A stretch of 41,164 bases of DNA, taken from assembly GCA_950072105.1 (NCBI GenBank), contig CATMOE010000031.1:1-41164 (forward strand), in the 5' to 3' direction. The stretch's first letter is position 1; every line of letters starts with the position of its first letter. The notes below the pieces were generated by a model that ran no database searches, was not told the DNA's origin, and was given only the letters and a program-made list of their open reading frames with translations. A program made the translations under genes and the position numbers. This document shows, one piece after another, positions 29,717 to 39,180 of the stretch. Origin of the DNA: an uncultured Dehalococcoidia bacterium. GTDB taxonomy: Bacteria > Chloroflexota > Dehalococcoidia > Lucifugimonadales > UBA3495.

Positions 29717-30955
29717 CTAAATAGTCTCCTTAACGACTTGTCCTCCCTTGACGACCAACCGTACGTTGCCGTCGTCAGCCAACACGTTGATGTCTCCAAG
29801 TGGGTCGCCGGCTATGCCGATAAGGTCCGCTTCCATGCCCTCTTCAACACGGCCGATACGGTCCTCCATCCGGAAGAGCCGGGCGTTGGTACTGGTTGCG
29901 CTCAGGATAGCGTTCATAGGCCCGATCACCCTGGCTTTCAAGGACAGCTCGGCGCCCCGCCCGGATTGCCGTGCTCCCAAGATGTCGGTGCCCGAGCCCA
30001 ACGCAACTCCAGCTTGGGCCGCCAGGTCTACACTTACCGGCATTTGGGTATGAACTTGCCGCAGTTTCATTTGGGCGTAATGCGGAATGTCTCCAGCCTC
30101 CGCCGATTTTGCCAACACGTCCATCACCAGCAAAGTCGGCACCATGAAGGCCCCGTGCTCCACTATGCCTTTGGCTGTTTCCTCATCCAGAATACTGCCG
30201 TGCTCGATCGACCGGACTCCGGCGGCCAGCGCGTTTTTGACCGAAGGTGAGGTGTGGCAGTGGGCCAGGACGTATTTGCCGGCCATATCCGCCTCACAGA
30301 CGGCCGCCTGCATCTCGCCGACGGTAAACTGGACACTTTCCAGAGCGTCTATCGGAGACATGACGCCGCCTGAAGCCATCAGCTTAACCTGGGACGCGCC
30401 CAGCCGGAGTTGTTGGCGGGCGGCCGCCCGAACCGCTTCAGGGCCGTCCACCAAGACCGGCGCCGCCAAGATGCCAGGCACCGACCGGATCGGTTCCTCG
30501 TCATACCGGCTACGGCGGTCTCCATGACCTCCCGTCTGGGAAAGGTGTGAGCCAGATGGCAGGATCCTGGGACCTTTAATGAGGCCTTGTCCGGTGGCCC
30601 GGGCGAAGGCTGCGTCCAGACCTCCCGCGTCTCGAACAGTGGTAAATCCTTCTTGCAAGGCCAGTTCAATGTTCTCGATAACGCTGATCACGTAGGTGGT
30701 CAAATTGTCGTCGGCGGAGCTATCCGTGAGGCCATTGACTCCTACAGCGCCAAAGTGGACGTGGGCGTCGGTTAACCCAGGCATCAGGGTCATTCCTGAC
30801 AGGTCGATGACCCTCCCCTCGGAGGGCCGGCCCATGTTTTCCATCGAGGCTACCCGCTGGATGATGCCATCCTCTACCAGCACGCTGGTCCTCGGCCTGG
30901 GGTCTGCACCCGTACCGTCAATTAGGGTGGCGTTGTGCAATATCAGGGTGGTCAT
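29717..30955 (-). CDS. Amidohydrolase_1 family protein (prolidase-like)
   Basis: PGLTDAHVH, GFTTVRDAGG, QTGGHGD, KLMASGG, AH, SIEHG and GTD. Confidence 0.94.
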   Translation of the reverse strand: MTTLILHNATLIDGTGADPRPRTSVLVEDGIIQRVASMENMGRPSEGRVIDLSGMTLMPGLTDAHVHFGAVGVNGLTDSSADDNLTTYVISVIENIELALQEGFTTVRDAGGLDAAFARATGQGLIKGPRILPSGSHLSQTGGHGDRRSRYDEEPIRSVPGILAAPVLVDGPEAVRAAARQQLRLGASQVKLMASGGVMSPIDALESVQFTVGEMQAAVCEADMAGKYVLAHCHTSPSVKNALAAGVRSIEHGSILDEETAKGIVEHGAFMVPTLLVMDVLAKSAEAGDIPHYAQMKLRQVHTQMPVSVDLAAQAGVALGSGTDILGARQSGRGAELSLKARVIGPMNAILSATSTNARLFRMEDRIGRVEEGMEADLIGIAGDPLGDINVLADDGNVRLVVKGGQVVKETI

Positions 30956-31156
30956 CGCAACAGTTACCTCCGAGCTGGGGTAGATTGGAGGAGCGCCGCG
31001 GAAGACTTCGCGGTAATACGATCCTCTGAGTCCGCATGTGTGGCAACAGCGGTTTCGTTCCTCTCAGGCAGAGACCGTTTCAAGCGATCAAGAAGTTTGA
31101 AATGGTATCTGCTATCATCTGTCTAAGTTTCAGAGGGATAAGGAGCAGGTGCCGGC

Positions 31157-31987
31157 ATGGGTAGATTAGATGGAAGAGTAGCCCTCATCACCGCCGCGGG
31201 GCGAGGTCACGGTGAAGCCATGGCGAGAAGATTTGCCAAAGAGGGCGCCGCTGTTGCCATTTGCGACATTATACCTGTCGCGGTGTTAGAAGAAACAGTT
31301 GGCGAACAGATCCGGGCCGAAGGGGGACAGGTTCTTTCTTTTCAGACCGACGTGTCTAAGGAAGACGAGGTCGAGCAGTTAGTGCAACAAACCATCGACC
31401 GATTCGGCGCCATCGATATCCTGGCCAATGTTGTCGGTATCGCTGGCCCGACCAAAGATGTGTGGGACACTAGCCTGGCTGAGTGGAAGGAAACCCTGGC
31501 CGTGAACCTGGATTCGGTCTTTCTAGGCTGCAAGTATGTCTTGCCAGAGATGATCCGCAAGCAGTACGGCCGGATCATCAACTTTAGCTCAGGCACGGGG
31601 AAACAGCCGCTTTCCCATCGGGCGCCGTATGCCACGTCGAAGATGGCCGTGATTGGATTTACCCGCACCCTGGCCGCAGATGTGGGCCGGTACAATATTA
31701 CGGTCAACGCTATCTGTCCCGGCGGACATGAGGAGCGGAGTCTGGAATTGGCCAAGGGACGGGCTGAATACGTGGGTGAGGCATTCGACGAGGAAGCTTT
31801 TCGCACTGGTTTCAGAGCAACGCGGGAGAATGCCGTGATCGCCGGACGTTGGTGTGCCGACGAGGGCTATACGCAAAAGGCCGGTGGGCCGGATGATGCG
31901 GCGACCATCGCTCTTTTCTTGGCGTCTGAAGAAGCTAGCAATTTTACAGGACAGGACATCAACTCCGGCGGCGGGGTGATGTGGTAG
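31157..31987 (+). CDS. Short-chain dehydrogenase/reductase
   Basis: TAAGRGHG, YATSK and NAICPG. Confidence 0.92.
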   Translation: MGRLDGRVALITAAGRGHGEAMARRFAKEGAAVAICDIIPVAVLEETVGEQIRAEGGQVLSFQTDVSKEDEVEQLVQQTIDRFGAIDILANVVGIAGPTKDVWDTSLAEWKETLAVNLDSVFLGCKYVLPEMIRKQYGRIINFSSGTGKQPLSHRAPYATSKMAVIGFTRTLAADVGRYNITVNAICPGGHEERSLELAKGRAEYVGEAFDEEAFRTGFRATRENAVIAGRWCADEGYTQKAGGPDDAATIALFLASEEASNFTGQDINSGGGVMW

Positions 31988-32139
31988 CAAGCTGGACGAG
32001 GCCTGGGGGACCTTCCCTAGGCCGGCGTCCATGCGTGGCCGGGCTCAGGGTGACAATGAAACACACTATCTCTTCCGCCGGGTCGGCGAGATCTCTACGA
32101 GTTTTATAGCGGGCCACGGCTAGGCAAGCAATGAGGTAA

Positions 32140-33471
32140 ATGACTTCAAATCAGAATAGCCCGGTGATTAAGCCCGGATCCGCCAAGTCTCCCTTGTTCT
32201 TTGGCTGGTACGTGGTTGCCGCCGTAACTTTCATCGCTTTCGTCAATACTGGGTCCCGCAGCAGCTTTGGAATCTTCGTAATACCTATGAGCGAGGAATT
32301 CGGCTGGAACCGGCTCACCATCTCTGCGGTGGCGGCCCTTGGGGCCATCGTCGGCGGCGCGGCTCAGCCTTTCCTTGGGTATGCTTTCGATCGGGTAGGG
32401 GCCAGGAAAGTGATCCTGACTTCCCTGGTCGTGGTTGGGCTAGCTACAGCGGCCTTGGGTCTTACCTTCAACTTCATCTTTTTGTTACTGGTGTTCGGGT
32501 TTGTCACTTCTATCTCCAACAGCGGAGCTGCTCTCGCCAGGGGTGCGCTGCTGGCCAGGTGGTTCATAGATAAGCGGGCCACCGTGGTCAGCGTCGCCGC
32601 CGTGGGGACCTCGGCCGGCAGTTTGTTGCTGGTGCCCTTCGCCATGTTTCTGCTTCAAGCCACCGGCGGCAACTGGAGGATCACTTGGGCCGCCCTTGGG
32701 CTTATTATCCTGGTCCTGGCGGTGCCCCTGGGATTCCTGTTCATTCGTGACGACCCCAGCAAGGTTGGACTGAAGCCCTACGGTGAACACGTTCCGTCTA
32801 AAGATGGCGCCGGCGATCGATCCCTCCATCGGCGCGGGCCGTTGGAAGCCGACGTCTGGAGTGAGTCCTTCCGGTCTCTTCCCATCTGGCAAATGAACGG
32901 AGCCTTTTTCGTCTGTGGGTTCACCACATTGATAATGTCGGTCCACTTTGTGCCCTACGCCATCGGCATAGGAGTTTCGCCTAGTATCGCGGCTATGATA
33001 TTCGGGGTCATGATGGGTCTGAATGTCCTGGGGGGACTGGGATCGGGGATACTGGCGGACCGGTTCGGCCGAAAAAACTTGCTGGCTGCCGCTTATTTCA
33101 TCAGAGGTTGTGGATACATCGCTTTGTTGCTAGCTCCTTCGACCCTGGGACTGTGGCTCTTCGCCGGGTTCGCGGGATTCTCCTGGATCGCAACTGTGTC
33201 CCTAACCAACACACTGACCGCCGATGTGTACGGCCTACGGGCCCTGGGAACCATCTCGGGAATCACATTCCTCTGCCACCAGATCGGCGGCCTGTGCGGG
33301 GTCCTATTAGGAGGGTTCTTCTACGACCTCACCGGCACTTACACGTTAGCCTTCGCCATCGTGGGGGCGTTGCTATTTCCGGCGGCGCTGTCCGCGTTCA
33401 CCATAAATGAGCGGAAGTACTCCACCCGTTACCGTGTTCCATCGGTGACGGTGGCTGACTCCGGGAACTAG
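32140..33471 (+). CDS. MFS transporter
   Basis: About 12 hydrophobic segments, with DRVGARK and ADRFGRK motif A repeats. Confidence 0.94.
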   Translation: MTSNQNSPVIKPGSAKSPLFFGWYVVAAVTFIAFVNTGSRSSFGIFVIPMSEEFGWNRLTISAVAALGAIVGGAAQPFLGYAFDRVGARKVILTSLVVVGLATAALGLTFNFIFLLLVFGFVTSISNSGAALARGALLARWFIDKRATVVSVAAVGTSAGSLLLVPFAMFLLQATGGNWRITWAALGLIILVLAVPLGFLFIRDDPSKVGLKPYGEHVPSKDGAGDRSLHRRGPLEADVWSESFRSLPIWQMNGAFFVCGFTTLIMSVHFVPYAIGIGVSPSIAAMIFGVMMGLNVLGGLGSGILADRFGRKNLLAAAYFIRGCGYIALLLAPSTLGLWLFAGFAGFSWIATVSLTNTLTADVYGLRALGTISGITFLCHQIGGLCGVLLGGFFYDLTGTYTLAFAIVGALLFPAALSAFTINERKYSTRYRVPSVTVADSGN

Positions 33472-33506
33472 ATCAACGGGGTAGGAGCGAGCGGATACGA
33501 GGGAAG

Positions 33507-33535
33507 TTGACGTGCCCGGAACTCGGAATTATAGT
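33507..33535 (+). promoter_or_regulatory. Putative sigma70 promoter of the selenoprotein gene
   Basis: TTGACG-17 nt-TATAGT. Confidence 0.7.
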
Positions 33536-33576
33536 TCGTTGCATCTCAGAATTAATTAAGACTTAAGGACAGATCA

Positions 33577-34803
33577 ATGGCCAGATTAGAAGACATTCCC
33601 GAAGGCGAACGGGAGATGCTGAAAGCGCTTCCCTTGCCGTCGTTTGATACGACGCCATTTGTAAAGGGAAATTCGTTATCCCAGCGCCGGGTTTCCATCC
33701 TGTCGACTGCCGCGCTGCAAAAACGCACCGATAAAGTATTTTATCGGGGAGAAGCCGGCTACCGGGTCATTCCGGGCGGCACCGACCCCAACGACATCAT
33801 CATGGCCCACGGCTCGGTTAATTTCGACCGCTCCGGTTTCCAACAAGACCTCAACGTTTGTTTTCCCTTGGAGCGGCTGCATGACCTAGTCAAAGAAGGA
33901 TTCATCGGCTCGGTTGCCGATTTTCACTACACCGTCCAGGGCGGATTGCCGCCGGACCGAAACGAAGGCGCCGCCCGCCAGATCGCCGGACTGATGAAAC
34001 GCGAAGGCGTCGACACAGTGCTCTTGGTGCCGATTTGACCGAGATGCACGTGCGCCGTAGGCGGACTGGCTCATTACTTTGAAGATGAAGGACTCAGCAC
34101 CACGCAGATCAGCCTTGTTCGATTGCATACTGAAGGAATCAAGCCGCCGCGGGCGCTGTGGGTACCCTTTGAACTTGGCCGCCCCTTGGGCCTACCCAAC
34201 GACGCGGAGTTCCAGAAGCGCGTGTTGCGGGCCTGCCTGGGCTTACTCGATGCAGAGTCGGGCCCCGTGTTGGAAGACTACCTGGAAGACATTCCCGCCG
34301 GAAGCTCCGAATACGATTTCACCGGGATGTCCTGCCCCATCGGTCTGCATCCCGTTCCGTCGAACGACAGTGAATTAACCAACTCCTTGGTTCAAGAGAT
34401 GGGACAGATCGCACCCTGGTACGAATTGGCGGTCGATCAACGAAAACGCACCACGGTTGGGATCAGCGAATTTGACATCCTTGATGCGGCCCGCTTTCTG
34501 ATCGATTTTATTGAGGACCCCTCTTCGCCAAGTCCTCGTCCTGAGATGGAAGTAGGGCCGATGCTGAAACATACTTGCGAAGACCTGAAAGCTTTTTATT
34601 CCGAAGCTGCGTCGGCGCAACCCGGCATGTCGTCGAGCTTGGCGGTGGAAAACTGGCTGTGGAACGAAACCGTGCTGGGCAAGGTGCTTTGGAATTTCAG
34701 AGAAGAGCACGTGGATGATTCAGATACTTACATCGGGTATCTCGCCAAGCGCGGTTTGATCCCCGACCGGCAGATCCAATTTAAAGGCGCCCCGGTTTTC
34801 TGA
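33577..34803 (+). CDS. PrdB/GrdB-family (proline/glycine/betaine reductase selenoprotein B-like) selenoprotein, 408 aa, Sec154
   Basis: ORFs 33577-34038 and 34123-34803 are in the same frame, separated only by TGA 34036-34038 in GVDTVLLVPI-U-PRC. Family motifs DLNVCFPLERL, EGFIG and KPPRALWVPFELGRPLG lie on both sides of the TGA. Confidence 0.9.
34039..34074 (+). promoter_or_regulatory. Putative bacterial SECIS hairpin
   Basis: GT(G)CGCC-GTA-GGCG(G)AC. The apical loop starts with G at nucleotide 19 after the TGA. Confidence 0.6.
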
Positions 34804-34877
34804 TCTGGCTAGCCGTTCAAGGAAACCGAGTTCGAGAGAAATGATTCGATACCCAGTTCGAGTAAGGAGGAAGAGCC

Positions 34878-35753
34878 ATGCAGACAGCAACTAAGGACCA
34901 ACTGTGCACCACATTCGACGCGGCCAATCCCCCGTCGTTGCGAGTCCAATTGGGTGAGACCTTCGTCATGGAGACCAACGACCGGTTTGCCACCTACGAC
35001 GGCCCGGGTTCCTCTGATGAGGCCATGGATATCCTCAAGACCATGGCCGGTCCGGTCTACGTCGAAGGGGTAAAGCCCGGAGATACCTTGAAGATCGAAG
35101 TCTTGGACATCACCCTGCCTTTGGACTATGGCTGGATCGGCGCCACGCCGGGCCGGGGTCCGCTGGGAGATCGCATCCCCGAGTTTCGTAAGACCAAGGT
35201 GAAGATAACCGGCGATGGAGTGGTGTACAAGGACAAAGTCACCATGCCCCTCCGCCCGATGATCGGCCGTATCGGCGTTGCGCCCAAAGACGGACCTGTG
35301 GCCAGCGGCGCCAAGGGAGAGTTTGGCGGAGGGATGGGCAACACCCAGATTACCAAGGGAGCCACCGTTTACTTGCCAGTGTTCCACGAGGGTGGACTGA
35401 TATCCATAGGCGACTGTCACGCCGCCATGGGAGACGGCGAAGCCACCGCTTCGGCAGTGGAGTGCGCCCTGGACGCTACTTTCCGGGTGACGATTGCCGA
35501 TGACTTCCAGGTAACTCGCCCCGTAGTCGCCACCGAAACCGAAGTAATGACCACCGGAGAAGGCCCCACCATGGAAGAGGCTGCCAAGGTGGCCTTGAAC
35601 GCCATGGCCGACCTCATGGTGGACCGGCTGGGCATCGACTACACCGATGCCGCCATGTTGATCGCCAGCGCTGCCGATGTACGCACCGGCCTGGCCGGCC
35701 ACCCGCCGAACACAATGCGCGTTGCGATACCCAGGTCGATGTTGGTCGTATAA
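34878..35753 (+). CDS. Acetamidase/formamidase family protein
   Basis: GPVYVEGVKPGD, PMIG, FGGGMG, LPVFHEGG and GDCHAAMGDGE. AGGAGG RBS. Confidence 0.93.
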   Translation: MQTATKDQLCTTFDAANPPSLRVQLGETFVMETNDRFATYDGPGSSDEAMDILKTMAGPVYVEGVKPGDTLKIEVLDITLPLDYGWIGATPGRGPLGDRIPEFRKTKVKITGDGVVYKDKVTMPLRPMIGRIGVAPKDGPVASGAKGEFGGGMGNTQITKGATVYLPVFHEGGLISIGDCHAAMGDGEATASAVECALDATFRVTIADDFQVTRPVVATETEVMTTGEGPTMEEAAKVALNAMADLMVDRLGIDYTDAAMLIASAADVRTGLAGHPPNTMRVAIPRSMLVV

Positions 35754-35991
35754 CGTGGGGAACCAGGGCTTTCTATGGCAGGGGGTTCCCGTCTGATCCT
35801 CGATTAACCTTCTTGGTCTTTTCGGCCAAGCGCCCACTGCCGCAAGAATATTTCTACGGCGATGTTGAGCTAAGCGGGAGGCGGCCCGAATGCCAGATGC
35901 AGCCGGTCGCGCAGCGGAGCCCATTCGGCACCCGGCAGCAGCTCGCCGAAACGCCACGAGAATCTATCCGGCGTGACCTCGAAGATCGATC

Positions 35992-37425
35992 CTAAACTTC
36001 CATCAAGTTGTTCAAGGCGACGATCTCGGGTGCGGTGGAATCAGCGGCTTCCCAGCCCTTCGTGGCTTCGTTGAAGCTAGAATGCGCCTGGTTGGATTGA
36101 CCTTGCGCCGACTGCACCCGGCCCATCCAAAAGTTGTCACGCACCGACTCTCTCTGCTTCAATCGGCCGCGCAGCATGTCCTCCGCTTTTTCGAACTGCT
36201 CAGCCCGGATGTACGCTTCCAGCATCGTGTCCTCAAACACCTCACGCTGAGCGTGGCTGCCGCCAACTCGAACTAACTGAGGAAAGACCGGCTCCATCAG
36301 GCGGACTGACTCGGTGTAATCCTCGTTGGCAAAGGCTTCGATGCCCTGGACCAAGGGTAGGACGACTTCCCGGGCGAAGGAGTTGCCCTCTTCGGCTGAC
36401 TTGCGTAAGCGGCTTGTGATTTTGGCCATCGCTTCGTGGTCTCCGCCGCCGGCAAAGGCCAGGGCGGCATGGGCATCTCGAAAAGCGGCGCCGGGGCGCT
36501 CGGCCGCCGGCGCGGCGATCGTTAACACTTCTTCCCATGGTTTGGGAGCTGGGCCGCCACAGTACATCTGCAGACGCCACATCAACGATGCGCTGTCGTT
36601 CAAGGTCGACATGCTCTTGGCGACGACGGACGGACGGATGTATTTCTCATAACGGTCCAGGGTTTCTTGGTACTTGCCCTGAGCCAGTTCGAAAAGAGCT
36701 AGGTGCCAGGAGAGATGTACATAGGAACTGGCGGGAGCGTCGAAGCTTCGCAGCCAGGCGTCCAGAAAGTCCTCGCCGCCGGAGGCGTCGCCCCTCTCAA
36801 AATGCACGTGGGTCATGGAGTGGCAAGCCACGGCGTTGGTGGGATTTATATCCAAGGAGCGTTGCGCCAGTTCCATCGCCTTATCCAGTTGACCGGTCTC
36901 ATGGTGGGCAAAGGCGTATTCGGCCAGGAAAGCCCAATCGTCCGAGCAGTGGGGCTCAACGCCCTTGAGCAGCGCTAGATATTCGGGAGGGAAATTGGGC
37001 GAGCCCGCCCCGCTACATCCCAGCATGTATAGCCGATGAGCCAGCCGTAGCAGCAGCCCGTCCCGGGGAAACTCAGCGAGATGCACCTTGATGAGGGCTA
37101 TCGAGTCACGCCCTTGCCCCTTTATCCAGTAGCTGACAGCTTCGATCTGCTGGCGTTCCCTACGCGTGACCCCGGATGCCAGAGCCAGCGCTTGTTTTAT
37201 GGTCTCCCGGGCTTCTTCCGGGCGGGCGCGTTGCTGGTACCAGTAGGCGAGGCAACCATGGGCCAGGGCGAAGCCCTCGTCGAGGTCGATCGCCTCCTGA
37301 AACTTGAGATCCGGACCGTGGTTCTGGGACAGTAGTCTGTCGATGCCGTCCTGCCAGGCATCCACGGAAGCTGTCGAGCTTGTGCTGAGGGTCATTCCGA
37401 ATCGGTCCTGGGTTCGGTCAGGCAT
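35992..37425 (-). CDS. Tetratricopeptide repeat protein, TTC38-like
   Basis: AFAHHETG, ACHSMTHVHFE, HLSWHLALFEL, DSASLMWRL and GGSHAQREVF. ATG 37425 follows GGAGA. Confidence 0.88.
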   Translation of the reverse strand: MPDRTQDRFGMTLSTSSTASVDAWQDGIDRLLSQNHGPDLKFQEAIDLDEGFALAHGCLAYWYQQRARPEEARETIKQALALASGVTRRERQQIEAVSYWIKGQGRDSIALIKVHLAEFPRDGLLLRLAHRLYMLGCSGAGSPNFPPEYLALLKGVEPHCSDDWAFLAEYAFAHHETGQLDKAMELAQRSLDINPTNAVACHSMTHVHFERGDASGGEDFLDAWLRSFDAPASSYVHLSWHLALFELAQGKYQETLDRYEKYIRPSVVAKSMSTLNDSASLMWRLQMYCGGPAPKPWEEVLTIAAPAAERPGAAFRDAHAALAFAGGGDHEAMAKITSRLRKSAEEGNSFAREVVLPLVQGIEAFANEDYTESVRLMEPVFPQLVRVGGSHAQREVFEDTMLEAYIRAEQFEKAEDMLRGRLKQRESVRDNFWMGRVQSAQGQSNQAHSSFNEATKGWEAADSTAPEIVALNNLMEV

Positions 37426-37616
37426 TATAGTCTCCGCCAAGCCGGGTTAATAACGGTGTTTCCTGTCGGGCCATAATGGGGAATATTACGTCGAAGACGG
37501 GGGATTTGTCCACGGCGATGGACGGGGAGATCTAATCGGAGATTGGTGTCACTCCTCTCCTTCCGCCGAAGGATCGGAGTATCATGCCTGGTTGTCGCCG
37601 TGACCTGAGCTTCCTC

Positions 37617-37667
37617 GCCGACCACCGTAGATCTGGCCCATGAGTAAATCATTGTGGAAATCACCGG
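37617..37667. repeat. Copy 1 of a 51-bp imperfect direct repeat
   Basis: GCCGACCACCGTAGATCTGGCCCATGAGTAAATCATTGTGGAAATCACCGG, 44/51 identical to 39050-39100. Confidence 0.85.
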
Positions 37668-37865
37668 CGGCACTCTCACACACATTTCACACAAACCTCT
37701 TCCGCGATTCTTACACCCGCCTGTGATACTCGATAATAACTATTTGCAGGTGCCCCTAACGCATGCCTTTCGTCGGTGCGGGACAAAGGGATATGAGACT
37801 AGCCTGCGAATGTTCTACCCAGGAACCACCAGCAGCCCCCACCTTTTGACGGAGGTACCAGAAAA

Positions 37866-38243
37866 GTGGCTGATAAGGTGCTCGTCGTGGATGATTCTCG
37901 GGTTATCCGCGGACTTATTTTAGAATTAGTGGAACTTTTCGGGTTCGAAACTTGCTCGGCGTGCGATGGGTGGGAGGCGCTTGAGGTATTTCAACGCGAG
38001 CAACCTGATCTGCTGATCTCCGATCTGCACATGCCAAAAATGAATGGTTTTGAACTCACTCGGAAGGTACGGGCATTCTCAGATGTCCCAATTTTGATTT
38101 TGACTGGGGGGTCAGGTAACATGGGCGACGATAAGGTGGCTGCCATCGATGCGGGCGCCGACGCGTTCTTAATGAAACCCTTTGGTCTGAACGATCTTCG
38201 AGCTCGAATCAAAGAATTGCTTCTAAAACCCAGCTGCGTGTAA
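37866..38243 (+). CDS. Single-domain response regulator (CheY-like receiver)
   Basis: VLVVDD, phosphoacceptor D in ISDLHMPKMNG, ILT and KP. GTG start after GGAGG. Confidence 0.92.
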   Translation: MADKVLVVDDSRVIRGLILELVELFGFETCSACDGWEALEVFQREQPDLLISDLHMPKMNGFELTRKVRAFSDVPILILTGGSGNMGDDKVAAIDAGADAFLMKPFGLNDLRARIKELLLKPSCV

Positions 38244-38380
38244 GAAGCACCGGTAGTTAACTAGGAGAGGAGACTTTATACGAGGATGAGGGCTTGTTCG
38301 TTTTCCACAACTCGCCCATCCGATCCGCGGATCAGGGACTTGGGATTCTAAGGGCGGTTGGTACTGATGTGCCCGTAATC

Positions 38381-38993
38381 ATGAATAAACGGTCAACCAA
38401 ACAATTGCACAATATTTCCACGATAGCCTGGGATCAACGCGGCATGTCGGCTATCGAGACGTCCATTGTTCTCATTGCCTTTGTAGTAGTCGCCTCGGTG
38501 TTCGGCTTCGCAATGCTTAATACCGGCTTGATGAGCTCCGAAAAAGAGCAAAAGGCGGTTCAGGCTGGTATAGACGAGACCTCGTCTAACTTGATCCTTC
38601 GAGGCGGAGTGTTGGCCATCGGGAACGGAGGAAAGACGGGCATTGACACTATCAAGTTTTATCTGACCCCAATCGTTAATCGTTGAATCTGGGGGATCCA
38701 CCGATCTGTCCAGCACCGGCGTTGTGGTCACTTACTTCGACTCCGCCAATAGCCTGAACTGCACTTCTGGCGGCTCAGGCATCTGCTCATGGGCAGCCAA
38801 CTGGGTGATCGGATCCGGTGACCTGGTTGACCCGGGTGAGCGAGTGGAAATGATCGTCACCCTGTCGAGTCTGACACCGCTCTTGGGTAAAAACACGGAA
38901 TTCACGATCGAAGTGAGACCTAACAAGGGCGCGGTCGTGGTTGTAAATAGGACTATCCCCGGTGAAGTGAAAGCGGTCATGGAGCTATATTAA
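38381..38993 (+). pseudogene. arlB: Archaellin (archaeal-flagellin family), 201 aa when repaired, frameshifted by a 7-bp duplication at 38671-38684
   Basis: Class III signal peptide DQRG/MSAIETSIVLIAFVVVASVF and C-terminal DLVDPGERVE..FTIEVRP..GA...RTIP. Removing one AATCGTT joins the two ORFs in frame (PIVESGGSTDLSSTGVVVTYFD). Confidence 0.88.
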
Positions 38994-39049
38994 GTTGGAG
39001 CGCAAAACCTGAGACTAGGTTGTTGGCATCTTGGATCGCACTTGCGCCG

Positions 39050-39100
39050 GCCGCCCCCCGTCGATCTGGCTCATGAGTAAATCATTGTAGAAAGCGCCGG
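39050..39100. repeat. Copy 2 of a 51-bp imperfect direct repeat
   Basis: GCCGCCCCCCGTCGATCTGGCTCATGAGTAAATCATTGTAGAAAGCGCCGG. Confidence 0.85.
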
Positions 39101-39180
39101 TCCCGAAAGGCGCGTAATCCCATCGTCTCGGGGTTGGGTGAAGGGCCTTGTAGGGTGTTCCGGCTGTTGGCCCGCAGTCT

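Noticed and set aside
34809..35957. 382-aa minus-strand ORF
   Set aside because: It is the antisense shadow of the acetamidase-family gene. Long shadow ORFs are expected at this GC content.
35813..35995. 60-aa ORF between the acetamidase and TPR genes
   Set aside because: TTG start, no RBS and no recognisable family. It cannot be supported.
37743..37810. Possible structured leader (TTGCAGG...CCTGCGA) upstream of the receiver gene
   Set aside because: It matches no riboswitch consensus I can recognise, and the pairing is unremarkable for this GC content.
37794..39018. 9-bp direct repeat TGAGACTAG (37794-37802 and 39010-39018) around the receiver/archaellin genes
   Set aside because: It is short enough to arise by chance, and there are no terminal inverted repeats or transposase to call it a target-site duplication.
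38997..39022. GCGCAAAACCTGAGACTAG resembling the 3' half of a c-di-GMP-I riboswitch
   Set aside because: The 5' GGCAAA/GNRA half is missing, and it lies downstream of the gene.
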